Source: Gracilinanus agilis
Taxonomy: Eukaryota
Direction: 5' to 3'
Length of the DNA: 64,000 bases
Assembly (NCBI RefSeq): GCF_016433145.1
Contig: NC_058132.1
Location: 536,023,930 to 536,087,929, forward strand
Made by a program: the position numbers and the translations under genes. The notes under the pieces are model-generated. The model saw only the letters and a program-made list of their open reading frames with translations, was not told the DNA's origin and ran no database searches. Below are positions 52,171-64,000 of the stretch, in pieces; positions within the stretch are counted from its first letter, which is position 1, and the number at the start of each line of letters is the position of its first letter.

Positions 52171-52519
52171 CATAAGTTATTAATTGGCAAAAGTAAAAGT
52201 AGATTCAATAACAACACAGAGTGAGCCAACTGTTATTTTGCACCAATTTTTGAATCCTAGATATATTTTTTCTACAGGCTTTTCCAATTAGTTAAACATC
52301 AAATCTCTACAGTTTTGCTTATAAACATGGAAAATCTAGTTGAAAATAATACATATTTATTGAAATTTCATACTAGTGGAACTGGAAATATTTACAATTG
52401 TTTTCAGTCTTCATGGGAATTTAATTAACATTTATTTCTTTAGGAAAGTGGTTTTTGGCACTGGCACATCTCTAGCCTTCGCAGTTTTGCGTAGACAGTA
52501 CTAAAGAAATTAGAACTAC

Positions 52520-52588
52520 CTTAATCGGGTCAGACAAAGGAAGCATTTAGACTCCTTAACAACAGATATTTGAAATTTCAGATTTTTA
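52520..52588 (-). CDS. Weak candidate 69-nt exon (phase 2 to 2) of the same putative host gene
   Basis: Acceptor tttgattatttgggttttatttttag|T, donor AAG|gtagtt (weak), open KNLKFQISVVKESKCFLCLTRL; phase-compatible with 39788-39971. Confidence 0.2.
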
Positions 52589-53114
52589 CTAAAAATAAAA
52601 CCCAAATAATCAAATTTTAACACTAAAAATCTTTCTAGAAGAATTTAAGAGAAGCTTTGAGATATAGTGAAATAAATCTACAAAGTAGGCTGTGCATCAC
52701 CAGAGAAGCTGTGAATTGTCATATTTTATGAACTGTAAGTAGCATGAGCTTTTAAAGAAATAAATCTTTTAATATTTTAAATTCCACTATGGTAAGTAAT
52801 CATTTTCTCTCCTTGGCTTTCAATGCAGATAAAAATTTAAGATTAGTACAATTATGTTTTAGGATGAAATTGTTCTTCTTGTGACAATAGCATAGTTTCA
52901 GTCAGCAAATGCACCCACTGCCTTCTCTTGACTCTCCCTACTGTATTCTCTAAGATAATTTGTGCAAACTCTATTTTATAGTCCTCCCTTAGGCCACTCT
53001 TATTCTCCAGAAGCATTTTTATATAAGCTGAAATTTATAGTCTTTTAAGTGATTGGAGTCAGGACCATGTTATCTAGATAATTCTTAGCACATAGAGTTG
53101 AGATTCTCTCCATA

Positions 53115-53330
53115 ATTTCCTATTTTTATGTGCTGGTATGTCACTCTCAGAATCTGTTCAGTTCAACCTATGTCCAAGGAAGTGCTATTTCCTAGTAGTA
53201 TGTTTTGGTATTGCACTCTCAGGATCTCTTCAACTGAACCTAGATCTGGGGAAACACTATTTCTTGGTATTATGCACTTGTATATCTCTTCTGGAACCTG
53301 TTCAGTTAAAACTAGGTCTACACAAAATTG
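53115..53330. repeat. Degenerate ungapped tandem triplication, 72-bp unit
   Basis: Units start at 53115, 53187 and 53259; hand count 52/72 (unit 1 vs 2) and 46/72 (unit 1 vs 3), no indels. Confidence 0.9.
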
Positions 53331-54345
53331 CCTTGTATTTATACCTCAGAAGCATGAAGAACCATGAGAAGCAAATACATCATTTTCAGCTACATGTGGA
53401 CATCTGGAAGAAATTTCCTTGTTTTAGTCAGACAACACAGAATGACCAATGAGGATGAACAGTGGCCCCAGATTAGACTAAACTGGTCTTTTCTGGTGGT
53501 GTGACAATGGCGTTTCCTCTGATTCTTCTATGAGTACAAGACTTTGGGGAAAAGGAAATATTTTCACAGGAAGCACCAATTTTTAAAATGGAAAATGTAA
53601 TGGTAGGATATTAATGTAGTTTCTGGTAGTTCAGAATGATATGGAATCAATCCTGATTCATTAAAGGCTGTGCCCAAACACCATACTCTTACATGTCTGC
53701 CTCAGCTGCTAAGTCTTAACATATAGGCTTTATAACAATTTCTGTGTCTCTTCTTTGAGGACAAATCTAATAAATAAATTTTAAAAAAGGTTCAGCTTAG
53801 AAGCTAGTAAGTGATGAATCCTTTGGTCATATGAACTCATGGAATCATTTCCTAAGTTTCTGGAATATTTGGAGTTTGCAGCCATGCTGATAAAAACAAG
53901 TTCATTTGCTATGAGGAAATGTTTCGTGTGTAGTACATAGATTTAAGCCAAGCTCTCAAACAATGATGGCTTGGTTACTTCATTCCCTGAAGAGGAAGAA
54001 TGATAGCCTATGAAATGTTTTGGGTTAATTATGACGGTATATGTGAGTATTCTTGCAATAGTAGAAGTCACTGGAAAATTGAATATGAAGTCAGAGGATG
54101 AACTTTCAAATGCTTATCCTCCCATTTGCTACTCAATTACCTAGAGAAAATAATGTCTTCATTTGTCACATGAGAGTATATTGGAAGACTTATATGGTGC
54201 TTCTAATCCATAATATTATTTTTTTCAATTTCAATTTATTTAGTTGTTGTTTGCACTAGTGATGTCATTTATTTAAAATACATGTACCTATGTTGATTGT
54301 TTGGAGAAAAATAGCTGCATTCTACCACAGCACCCTCACTGTAGA

Positions 54346-54658
54346 TGTAATGTTATATCTAGTGGCCTGGCTGGCCTGGTGTCCCTTAACAACAGTCTAG
54401 TGTCAACCTGAGCATCAGTGTACAACATAACTACAGAGGGAGGAGCTAATGGAATTTAAATGTGGCCTTGGGAAAAAGAAGGTCTTTTTACTTCTGCTCT
54501 TGTAGAAACTGATTGCCAGCACTGTTGTGGAAGAATTTAGATCTTAAGCCAGCTTAATAGAGACTCTATATAAATCTATATATATCTTCCTTAAGAGAAA
54601 TCTATCTCTATGGCCCCTCTCGCTCTCCTCTCCTCTTCTCATTTATTCTCAATAAACA
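54346..54658 (+). mobile_element. Possible solo LTR
   Basis: TG...CA ends, TATA-like 'tatataaa', terminal AATAAA; flanks tgtaga / tgtaaa could be a 6-bp TSD. Confidence 0.4.
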
Positions 54659-56179
54659 TGTAAAAATCTGGCTGCATCCCCATTTTAATCATAGCAATAT
54701 ATTTATGACATGATATATAATATATATGATGTATGTTTCTATTTCTACTTCTGTCAGTTATTTTTCTGGGAGTGGACATTTACGGTTGTTCTTGAAACAA
54801 TATTTCTGTTGCTATATGTCATGTTTTTGTTCTTTTCATGTCATTCTTTAAAATTCCATGTAGGTGTTTCTATGTTTTTATTTTCAAATTAACCTGCTTA
54901 TCTATTCTTATTGCATAGCAGTATTCCATCTCAATAATATGCCATAATTTGTTTAGCTGTTCTACATAGAGAATTGCTAGAAATATTTTGGAACAAATAG
55001 GTCATTTTTTCTGATCACTTTAGGAAACAAGAGTTACTAGTGATTTTGCTGGGTATACACAATAAAATTATTATTCTTAGCAGCTAGAATTAATATAAGG
55101 CTCTGTTTGAAAGACTTTATGTGCCAATATGGAAATTAAAGAGTGCTACAATATAGTGTGCAGCACTACGTCATATAGACACATAGTAAGTTTGTGTTTG
55201 TAGTGTGGAAATACACTACTATGAAGAAATGTGTGTTGAGGTGCTATTAAATTCTGACCAATCAGTAAATTTATTAAAGTAGTACATTTAATCACTCCAG
55301 TAGACTATAAACTTCTCAAAGGCAGAAACCTTCACCGTTTACTTTTTTCTAAGACTATGACTTGTGCATATCAACTGCTTAACAAATAGAAATCTCTCTC
55401 CCTATTTTTCATTATGGGTTACTATTTTTATTCCCAGTTCTAATATAAAATTTTACATAAAATGTATGAAATTTCAGAAAAAAATATTGACTGATAGATT
55501 TACATGTCACATACATTCATCTATAAGAACTTTAGCATATGAGGTTTAATCAATTTGACAGATCTCAGCCAAGGAGAAATAAAAGGTCTGCCTGATAACT
55601 AGTAGAACAAGGATTTATTGATTTATAAGACTACTTTTTTGCGTTAGGCTATGCCTTGTTTCTGATCGCTTATTTTTCATGTGATGGAAAACAATCTAGG
55701 GAGAAATTGATAAATGTTGCATCAAATTCTCAGGCTTTAAAGGAAAGATCACAGTGTAGCAGAAGTGACATCTAATTTGGAAGTCAGAGGAACTGGGTTT
55801 GAATACCAGTTCTGTGACTTGCTACTTATGTGATTTTGGGCAAACCACTTAATTACTATGAGACTTAGCTACCCCTCAGTGACATAATAGAGCCAGGATG
55901 GATGACATCTAAATTCACCTCTTGCTCTGCATCCATAGTCCTATTACCCTATGTAGGATGCTAGAAAAAGAATTTAATTAGCATAAATATTTATTAACAG
56001 CTTAGTTCTGGAGATAAAAAAATAGCAATCATGGCAGTCTTTGCCCACTAGAAGCTTCTATTCTAATAAGGGAAGACAACATAAAAAGATATGATATCCC
56101 AGAAAGGAGAAAGTGATTGGGAAAGAGCTTAAAATTCTGAGTGAACAGAGGTGAGGCACAGCTTGGGTCACACCTGAAA

Positions 56180-56216
56180 TTCAGGGGAGGAAGTTAGTTC
56201 AGGGGAGGAAGTTAGT
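56180..56216. repeat. Perfect 18-bp tandem duplication
   Basis: ttcaggggaggaagttag x2. Confidence 0.95.
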
Positions 56217-56619
56217 AATCAACAAATAAGGACATTAGGTGATTCTTTCTTTAGGATTGGAAGATGGTTCCTGGGAGGGAGAAATATTGATACTAAACTG
56301 AGTCATGACTGAATAGAGATATGGTGGACATCACTCTTGAAATTTATATTTGAAAACTTTTGTATAAGTTATGTGAATAACTTTGAGTCAATTCATTCTG
56401 TGGTACTTTAGAAATTTCATATAAATACTAGATGTTTTGTTATGTACCAACAAGAAAAAGCATGTTATGCTTCCTCTACCTGTAGTACCCACTTTCCTTT
56501 CTCTATTTTTATATTAAATGTTACCATTTCCAAATAACAGGTATATAGCTTCTCTTTTCTACCTCCTTCATTATCAATGAGAAAGAAAAATAAATACTAT
56601 ATAAAGCAAAAACAAAATA

Positions 56620-56890
56620 ATTATGAATAATACCTAAAATTTGTGTGGTGCTTATTATGTGCAGAGTACTGTACTAAATGTTTTACAATTTTTATCTTAT
56701 TCAGTCCTAACAGCAATCCTGGAATGTAGGTGCTGTTAATATTCCCATTTTGCAAATGAGAAAATTGGGGTAAACAGAGGTTAAGTGACTTGTACCAGGA
56801 CACAACTAATAAGTGCCTGAGGCCTCATATGAATTCAGATCTTCCTGACCTAAAACCCAGTTCTTTATCCACTGTGCTACCCAGCTGCTT
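56620..56890 (-). mobile_element. MIR/MAR1 SINE
   Basis: 'cccattttgcaaatgagaaaattggggtaaacagaggttaagtgacttgtaccagg...tcttcctgacc'. Confidence 0.8.
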
Positions 56891-57519
56891 CTTATGCCCA
56901 AATATAACATTAAAGCAAAAAATAAAATCAACCAAACCAAACCCAAATTGGTTATGTCAAAAACAATTCTATTCTGAGTCCATCACCTCTCTGAGAGACT
57001 ATAGGTAGCATTTGTTAAACCATTCATTCTTTGAAATGGCGATTGGTTATCACTTTTTTAAAATGCTGAAAGGAATGGTTTCAGAGAAGGTGTACATGTC
57101 TTGTAAGAATTGATGCTACCTGAAATGAATTAAATAAGGAGAGCATTCATTTCACTCTAACACAAATCAGAGCTTTTCCTCTGGAAAACCAGAGACAGGG
57201 ATATGTGCCTGAACTCAACAAAAAGATTCTGATGGTTCATAATCAAACATTAGAAATCTACATCATTCACACTGAATTCCAATTATCCATTGATTATATC
57301 TCTGATTTTTCCATCAATTCAGTCACATCAATCACAGCATTCATTTTTATTTATGCTACCTCACTAACAGAATCATTTTATCAACAAATCTAGCAGTTTT
57401 AAGTTTAATCAACATTGTTAGTATTTTAAATTAATTTCTTAAGTCAAGAAATCAATAAAAAAATTCAATCTTGTTTTGTAGCCTTTGAAAATTTTTGAGG
57501 TCAAAATGTTCATCGTGAA

Positions 57520-58130
57520 AATGTAAAGCTACTTTTACAAACATATTTTTAACAGCTCTTTATGTGGTGGCAAAGAATTAGAAACTGAAGAGATGTCTAT
57601 CAATTGGAGAATGGCTGAATAAGTTGTGGTATATGATTGTAATGAAATGCTATTGTGCCATAAAAATGATGAACAGGACAATCACAAAAAAAAATCTGTA
57701 AAGACTTATATGAAGTTACATAAAATGAAGAGAGCAGAACCAGGAGAACATTGTACACAGTAAGATCAATAATGTATGATTATCAACTGTGAATGGGGCA
57801 GCTATTACCAGCAATGCAATGACCGAAGACAACTTCAGAAGACTAATGATGAAAAGGGCTATTCACCACAATAAAAAAAAACAACTGTTGGAGATGGAAT
57901 GAAATGAACTATAGCATTCTTCACTTTATTTCCTTCACAAATTTTTCTTTCATATAAATGATATTTGTCTTTCACATTATGAACATGAAAATATGTTTTG
58001 CATGACTACATGCATGCCTTATGTCATATTAACTGCCATTTTTAGGGGGGAGTAGTGGGAGGGATAGAACATTGTTCATGAAAATTCAGAAAAATATTAT
58101 TAAAGTTGCATTGGCATGTAATGTGAAAAA
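57520..58130 (+). mobile_element. L1 3' end
   Basis: 'cagctctttatgtggtggcaaagaattagaaactgaagagatgtctatcaattggagaatggctgaataagttgtgg' through 3'UTR. Confidence 0.8.
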
Positions 58131-58934
58131 ATACTTCTATTCAAGGAAATTTACTAACTGGCTTGAGCCATTAAAGATTGTTCCAACACATCCCTTATTT
58201 CTAAGTATATTACCTTTGATGAAAATAGATACATCCTGAGGAGTGAGAATGTGATTTTGAAATGAAAAAGCAGGAATCTCTAGGATAATTCAATGTGTTT
58301 ATGGATCAGTGATTTCACAAATATGGGCACCCCTTCCAATGACAAAAATTTGAAGCATCATGTATAACATCTTAGTCTCTGAGGCTCTTTCCTTCCAAAT
58401 CCTTCACAACAGTTCTAACCAACATTGTGAGTTTTTTCCTAGGTCTTGATATTGCCTTGGTATCAAATGAAGTATTGGGATCATTATTGATATTGAGGAG
58501 GATGCTGTGGTAAAATATTTTGTTTGATGTTCACAAAAGTATCTTTCAGCTTTCCTCACAGAATTCTGTCTTGCCTTCAGCCTCAGAGCTACCTTCTTAC
58601 AATTCCTTATCTTAATCAATATATTTCCTATTCCATTTCTACACAAGGGAGCAAACAAGCTAATGATTTGCAGTTCCTTGCTTTTGTTGCATGTTTTACT
58701 GACTCTTCTTCTTTTCCAAACATATATCTTTATTCTTATAGGCCTGGAATGCCAGTGTATCCAACTTCCACATTTCACATATGAGGAAACTGGGGCAGGA
58801 TTTGACTCCAAGTCAAGTACTTTATTCACTATTTACTCAAAACTGAAATGAGAAGGAATATCTTATTAGGGAGACAATTCATGGATGGAACTTAATGCAA
58901 TTGAGGACTCTTAATGTAGCTTAACTCTGTAGAC

Positions 58935-59114
58935 CAGTGGTTCCCAAACTTTTTTGGCCTACCATCCCCTTTCCAGAAACCCCTGTCACATACTCTCACT
59001 GGACCCTTATAGTTATTTACCACCCCCAAATGCACCTGTGACTATCACCGCCCACCCTGGATCACTGTAGCACCACCAGAAGGCGGTAGCACCCACTTTG
59101 GGAATCACTCACTG
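58935..59114. mobile_element. hAT (Charlie-type) MITE, same family as 45749-46068
   Basis: cagtggttcccaaa ... tttgggaatcact(cact)g; flanks ctgtagac / ctaaagac (6/8). Confidence 0.85.
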
Positions 59115-59874
59115 CTAAAGACCCTTAAAGAATCAAATTTCCTCTGAGAACATAGAAGTGAACATAGCGACTGCATTTTGGGCACAAAAAGGTATCTGTG
59201 GACATGAAAAATCATATGATTATTTTTTGAGTTTCTCTAGAGAGAAATATTGGCTAGATGATTCTTAATTTCCTTCCAATGAGAATTTGATTCACTATAG
59301 CCAGAGTAGCAATACTTTTTATTGAAGTCATATTTTGGTAAAGTACAGAGACTTATTTCATCATTTCCCATAGGGACCCAGATAGCTGTATGTGTCTGTC
59401 AGAATGATCAACCATCTGTTCATACCCTTGGGGCCAGTCTACAAAGCTTAGCTTGCCTCCTTGTCCACTCCCAAGATAGCCTATCTCCATAGACCAACCT
59501 CAGGTATTGGTAGTCCTATGTTTGATCTGAGATAATGCCAAGAGGCAAGTTTAGAACAATACCGCAGCATATGGAGTTGAAAAGAACTGTAGACACCAAA
59601 TACATACAACAGAAATATTTGGTGCATTAGAAATGGATTTCAATGATCAGGACCATCATTCAGGAAATTGCCATTGGCTATTCCTACACAAAGCTACAAA
59701 TTAAGGGAATAATGTATAAGTGGGAATTGTTACAAGGCTTCCCTTCCATGTCTTCATTTCCTATCTCCCTGCTAAGATGTAACAACTAGGGTTCTTTCAT
59801 TCTTGCAAAGAAAAGTACAATATCCATTTCTTCAGGGCAGAGACTGAATCTCTTTTGTCTTTATATTCCCAATG

Positions 59875-59875
59875 C

Positions 59876-59907
<32 letters not shown>

Positions 59908-59908
59908 G
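59875..59908. repeat. (TA)n microsatellite
   Basis: Interrupted TA dinucleotide run. Confidence 0.9.
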
Positions 59909-60149
59909 CAGTATATAAATGCTTGGTTTTGACTTATTTTGACTAATTGAACAAATGGCCCTCAGAATGATACACTACTCTGTCTCGTCTTCTTCTTATA
60001 AGTACATAAGGGTGAGTAAGTAGGAACAGTAACACAGAAAGCCTTGTCAAAGGAAAGAACAAAGTACCATACTTTCCCCCTCTCTTGGGATCTAGAGTTG
60101 ATTTACAAGCATTAAGCTAAATCAGATTGTTTTATCATGAGTTTGTGGA

Positions 60150-61660
60150 GATTACTTCTACATGACAAAGATCTATAATACATGTGATCTGTTGACATGG
60201 CCCAAGGTCCCTGATTCCCATGCTCTTCAAACTTTGCTCTAACATCTCTCTAGATATAATCACCACTTCCACTTTGCTCTCTGAAATATCTGCTCCAGAA
60301 GTAACAAACTAGCTTTTTTATTTTAAATTTTTTTCATTCATACTCCTATTTTCCTGCATTCAAAGACCTGGGTCCCTCCTAATGACACAGCTTCTATGGA
60401 CATGCTCTCCTGAACACACGAACCCCCAACTCTTACTTATATTCAATATATCCTTATCTATAGGTTGTTCCTAACTACCTATATATAGAGTCATTTTCTC
60501 TTCCATCTATAAAAATTTCTTGATTTATCCATTTATCCCTGATATGCTTCATGCTATTTTCCCTCTCATTAATGGCTAAATAACTTATAAGGTTATCCAA
60601 AGCAGTTTTGCATCCTATCTCATGGATTCCTCTTTCTAAAATTATTAATGATCTCTAAATTCCCAAATCTTAATTGTCTTTCCTGAACTTTCGTCCTTCT
60701 TGGCATTTATATAATGTTTAACACCATTGATAACTTATTTCTCCTTAATATTTTCTTCTCTCTAGGTTTTTGTAACACTGCTTCCTCCTATTTCTTCTAC
60801 CTTACTATTACTTCTCAGTTTCCCTTACTAGATCATACCTGTTAATGATGGTTATCATCTAAGACTCTGTCAAAAGCTCTCCTTTCTCCTTCCTCTATAT
60901 GATTTCATTTGGTTATCTAATTTGTTATTTGTTAATTTGTTAGTATGAATCAATTATTACCTCTAGAAAGATTATTCTTTGATCTATTCATCCAGCTCCA
61001 CCCTTCCTACTGACCTCTAGTCTCACATCTTCAATTGACTATTAGGCATCTCAAACTGTATTTCCTATAGACAACCAAAATTCGCCATGTCCAGAATTGA
61101 ACCCAATATGTTTTCTTCCAAAATCCTTTTTATCTTCCTTATTAATGTGTAGAGGTAAGCTATTCTTCCAATCTTCTAAATGCACAACAAGGTGCCACCT
61201 TGATTCCTCATTCTCTCACATTCTCATCACGTCTACCTTATTCACAGTTCTCTAATGTGCCTCCTTTTCTCCTCTGACACTGCAACCAACTTGGGTAAGG
61301 TCCTTATCTTTGATCTATGACAATAGACTAGTAATTGAATACCTTCCTACCTCAAGTCTCTCCTCACACTAGTCTTTCCTCCATTAGTCTGTCAATTTAT
61401 TCCTCCTAAAGTTTATATCTGACCATGTCATCCCTTATTTAATTAATTTAAAAGATTCTCTATTATCTCTAGGATTAAATATAAAATACTCTGCTTCACC
61501 TTAAAGTTCTCCATAATATGATTCATTTCAACTTTTCCAGTCATTTTATAATTTATTCTCCTCTTACTCTGTGATCCAGTGGCACTGACCTCCTTGCCAT
61601 TTCAAGAACACATCACTCTTTCTCTACTCTGGGTGTTTTTTACTGACAATCCACCATTCT
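60150..61660 (+). mobile_element. L2 LINE fragment
   Basis: 'ttcattaatggctaaataac', 'ttaacaccattgataac', 'ccatgtccagaattgaac', 'ctgaccatgtcatccctt', 'ctctgtgatccagtggcactgacctcc'. Confidence 0.75.
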
Positions 61661-62839
61661 TAAAATAAATTTTATTTGATCACAATTGTGCTCTTATCCT
61701 GTACATATTATATAGTATAGTAGATTATTCCACATTCATCTGAGACTTGAATTTTTTTTTAATCTGGAGAAGCAAATGAAAGGGTAATACTTATTTTTCA
61801 TCAATATCACAAAGGACTATTTTTTGATAGGGGATTTGGGCAATGTGTTCCAAACAAATCTGGACTGACTTGCCTGGAGCAGTATTTTTTTTTCTTTTTG
61901 TTGTTTCAAATGGAGGGAATACAGAAAAAGAAGGAGGTGATATCTGCTATATGGAAGAGACTGGTGAGACTGCTTTTAGAAAGTCATTTTGAATTGTATT
62001 GAAGTACCTTCTATTAATCATGTCAAAAGAAAAAAAAACTGAAGATTGCCTATGGAGTTACAACTGAGTAGATAAGAGTGACTATTTAATAGTACCAGTC
62101 ATCTCTTTTCTATAGCTATTGCACAAAAATTATCTCAGATCTTTTTCTCTCCACCAGGGAGGTCGCATAATTAAACTCAGAATGTATGGTCCTCATCTTT
62201 ATTCTTTGTTGTATTTATTTTTTTCTTGCTTTTAGGTGAAGGAGATGATATTGTGAGATCAAAAGAGTACCTCACCAGGAGATCTGGGAGTAGAAACATT
62301 AATAAGATTTTATGGAAAAGGAGTCATGACAATTGAAGTCCTGAATGCCCAGCCTAGTTCGACAGTAGCTGTGACACAAATTTTTTCACCTATTTGCCAT
62401 ATTACATTTGGAAATGAACTCGGTGGAACAAATGCTATATAAAAACTGAATGTAATTTCAGACTATTATCTCCAAAGACCAAGGTGGGATAGGGAAGAAA
62501 GGAAATTTTTATATTTCTTTGATTATCATATTATTTTTGTAATAAAGAACCCTTGCTTTAAAAAAAGAAATCTTGATCAGGAGGAATCAGAAACACAATG
62601 TTGTAGTCAATGGGGTGTAAATTGAGTTCTACAGAAGTCATCTTGTTGCTTCCAAGGTCAACCCAACATCAAGAAATATTGTTGATTTTTGAGACTGATT
62701 ACAAACTCCATTAAACATTTAGCTTTGCTGTGTCCAAATAATAGTAATAACTATAGGGAAAGATTACCATTTTATTTATCATATAGCAAAGTAATGATTA
62801 TGTTAATCATTAAATGTGTGAGGATAAAGAAAACTTTAT

Positions 62840-63030
62840 TTGTTGGAGTACATAAAATAAAAATATTTGGAGTTAGAGGACCAGAGGTTGAATCTTGGCT
62901 CAGCTACTTACTATCTATAAGACTTCCAAATAATATGGTTCTTCTCAAGATGTCAGTTTCCTCAGTTACAAAATGAGGAAAATGTATGACTCATGTTCCT
63001 TCCAACATGAACCTTTGATCCTGTAATTTG
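62840..63030 (+). mobile_element. MIR SINE
   Basis: 'ttggagttagaggaccagaggttgaatcttggctcagctactt...tcagtttcctcagttacaaaatgagg'. Confidence 0.7.
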
Positions 63031-63229
63031 TTTCAAGTTTTGATTTAAACTATTTTCTTAGGTATCTTGGTCTTTATTGTTTGTTACTCACATTGTATGA
63101 ATGTTTGTCTTCTCAATGTTGTCAGCTGTTCCCAACTATAAAGGAAGAGGAGAGAACTTAGTAAGTGTTCAGTTAAACAGTGTTGTAAAAATCCATGTGA
63201 AATTTCACAAAATTCATCTGGAAGAACAA

Positions 63230-64000
63230 AAAACCAAGATTCTCAAGAGGATTAATAAAAAATATGAAGAAAGATGTCTTAAGTGTATTGGCATTCAATG
63301 TATATTATATAGTGGTAACAATCAAAACAATCTGGTACTGCCTACAAAATAGTGTAGTGGATAAATGGAATAGATTAGACACTAAACACAGTTTTAAATG
63401 ACCATAACAACTTAGTGTGTGACAAACCCTAAAATCCAAGCATTTGGAAGAATTCACCATTTGACAAAATCTGCTGGGAAAACTGGAAAATAGTGTGACA
63501 GAAAGTAGGTATAAACAAACATCTTACACAATGTACCAAGGTAAAGTCAAAATGGATACATCACTTAAAAATAAAAGATAAAGCTGTAAACAAACTAGGA
63601 GAGCACAGAAAAGTTTGCCTGACAGTTCTATAGATGAGGGAAGAATTTATGTCCAAACAAGATGCAGAGAACATTGTCAGATGTAAAACTGATAAATTTG
63701 ACAGCCTTAAATTAAGTAGTTTTTGCACAAAGGCAAATACAGCCAAAATTAAAAGGCAAACATGAAACTGGGGGGAGGACCTCTTTATAACAATTATCTC
63801 TGAGAAAGCCCTCATTTTTCAAATATGGAGAATGGACTCAAATTCATAAGAATACAAAGCATTCCCCAATTTATAAATGGTCAAAGGATATAAACAGGGA
63901 ATTCTCAGATGAAGAAATTGAAATTCTTCAGTCATATAAAAGAGTGTTCCAAGTCACTATTAAATAGAGAAATGCAAATGAAAACAACTCTGGGGTACTA
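63230..64000 (+). mobile_element. L1 ORF2 fragment continuing past the window end
   Basis: 'gtaacaatcaaaacaatctggtactgcc', 'tttgacaaaatctgctgggaaaactgg', 'gtaaagtcaaaatggatacatcac', 'agagaaatgcaaatgaaaacaactctg'. Confidence 0.85.

Noticed and set aside
53115-53330. CRISPR-like array or leucine-rich-repeat interpretation of the 72-bp repeat
   Set aside because: Eukaryotic DNA with no repeat-spacer alternation; the peptide lacks the LxxLxLxxN spacing
58404-58829. 141-aa minus-strand ORF, the longest apart from CHMP5
   Set aside because: Starts in a MIR fragment, lacks convincing splice sites and resembles no protein I know; likely a chance open frame
60003-60011. 9-nt plus-strand microexon-like motif (polypyrimidine-AG|TACATAAGG|GTGAGT)
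   Set aside because: Opposite strand to the best exon candidate, sits among L2 remnants, and such short motifs arise by chance in 64 kb
1-64000. tRNA, rRNA or snRNA genes
   Set aside because: Only tRNA-derived SINE heads were seen; no intact structural RNA gene recognised

Overview
AT-rich, repeat-dense mammalian genomic DNA, almost certainly marsupial and most likely the opossum Monodelphis domestica or a close didelphid. The evidence is SINE1_Mdo-type tRNA SINEs, MAR1/MIR SINEs, RTE, L2, L3/CR1 and marsupial-type L1 fragments, and short N-gaps typical of a Sanger-era assembly. Family names are from recall, not a database search. The only confidently identifiable protein-coding sequence is an intact, intronless 219-aa CHMP5 (ESCRT-III) ORF on the minus strand (44126-44785). 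It lies inside a near-full-length L1-mediated retrocopy (about 42863-44842) with a 57-nt 5'UTR, a ~1.25-kb 3'UTR, AATAAA, a poly(A) tail, a perfect 15-bp target-site duplication and a TT/AAAA nick site. A well-formed 184-nt minus-strand candidate exon (39788-39971) suggests the retrocopy sits co-oriented in an intron of a host gene I could not identify. Other notable structures are a 47-bp-arm hairpin (13011-13116), an ungapped 3 x 72-bp repeat with an open frame (53115-53330), a short two-LTR ERV with PBS-like site, PPT and TSD (21413-23678), an internally deleted SINE with intact TSDs, and two hAT MITEs. Repeat boundaries without TSD support are approximate (tens of bp).
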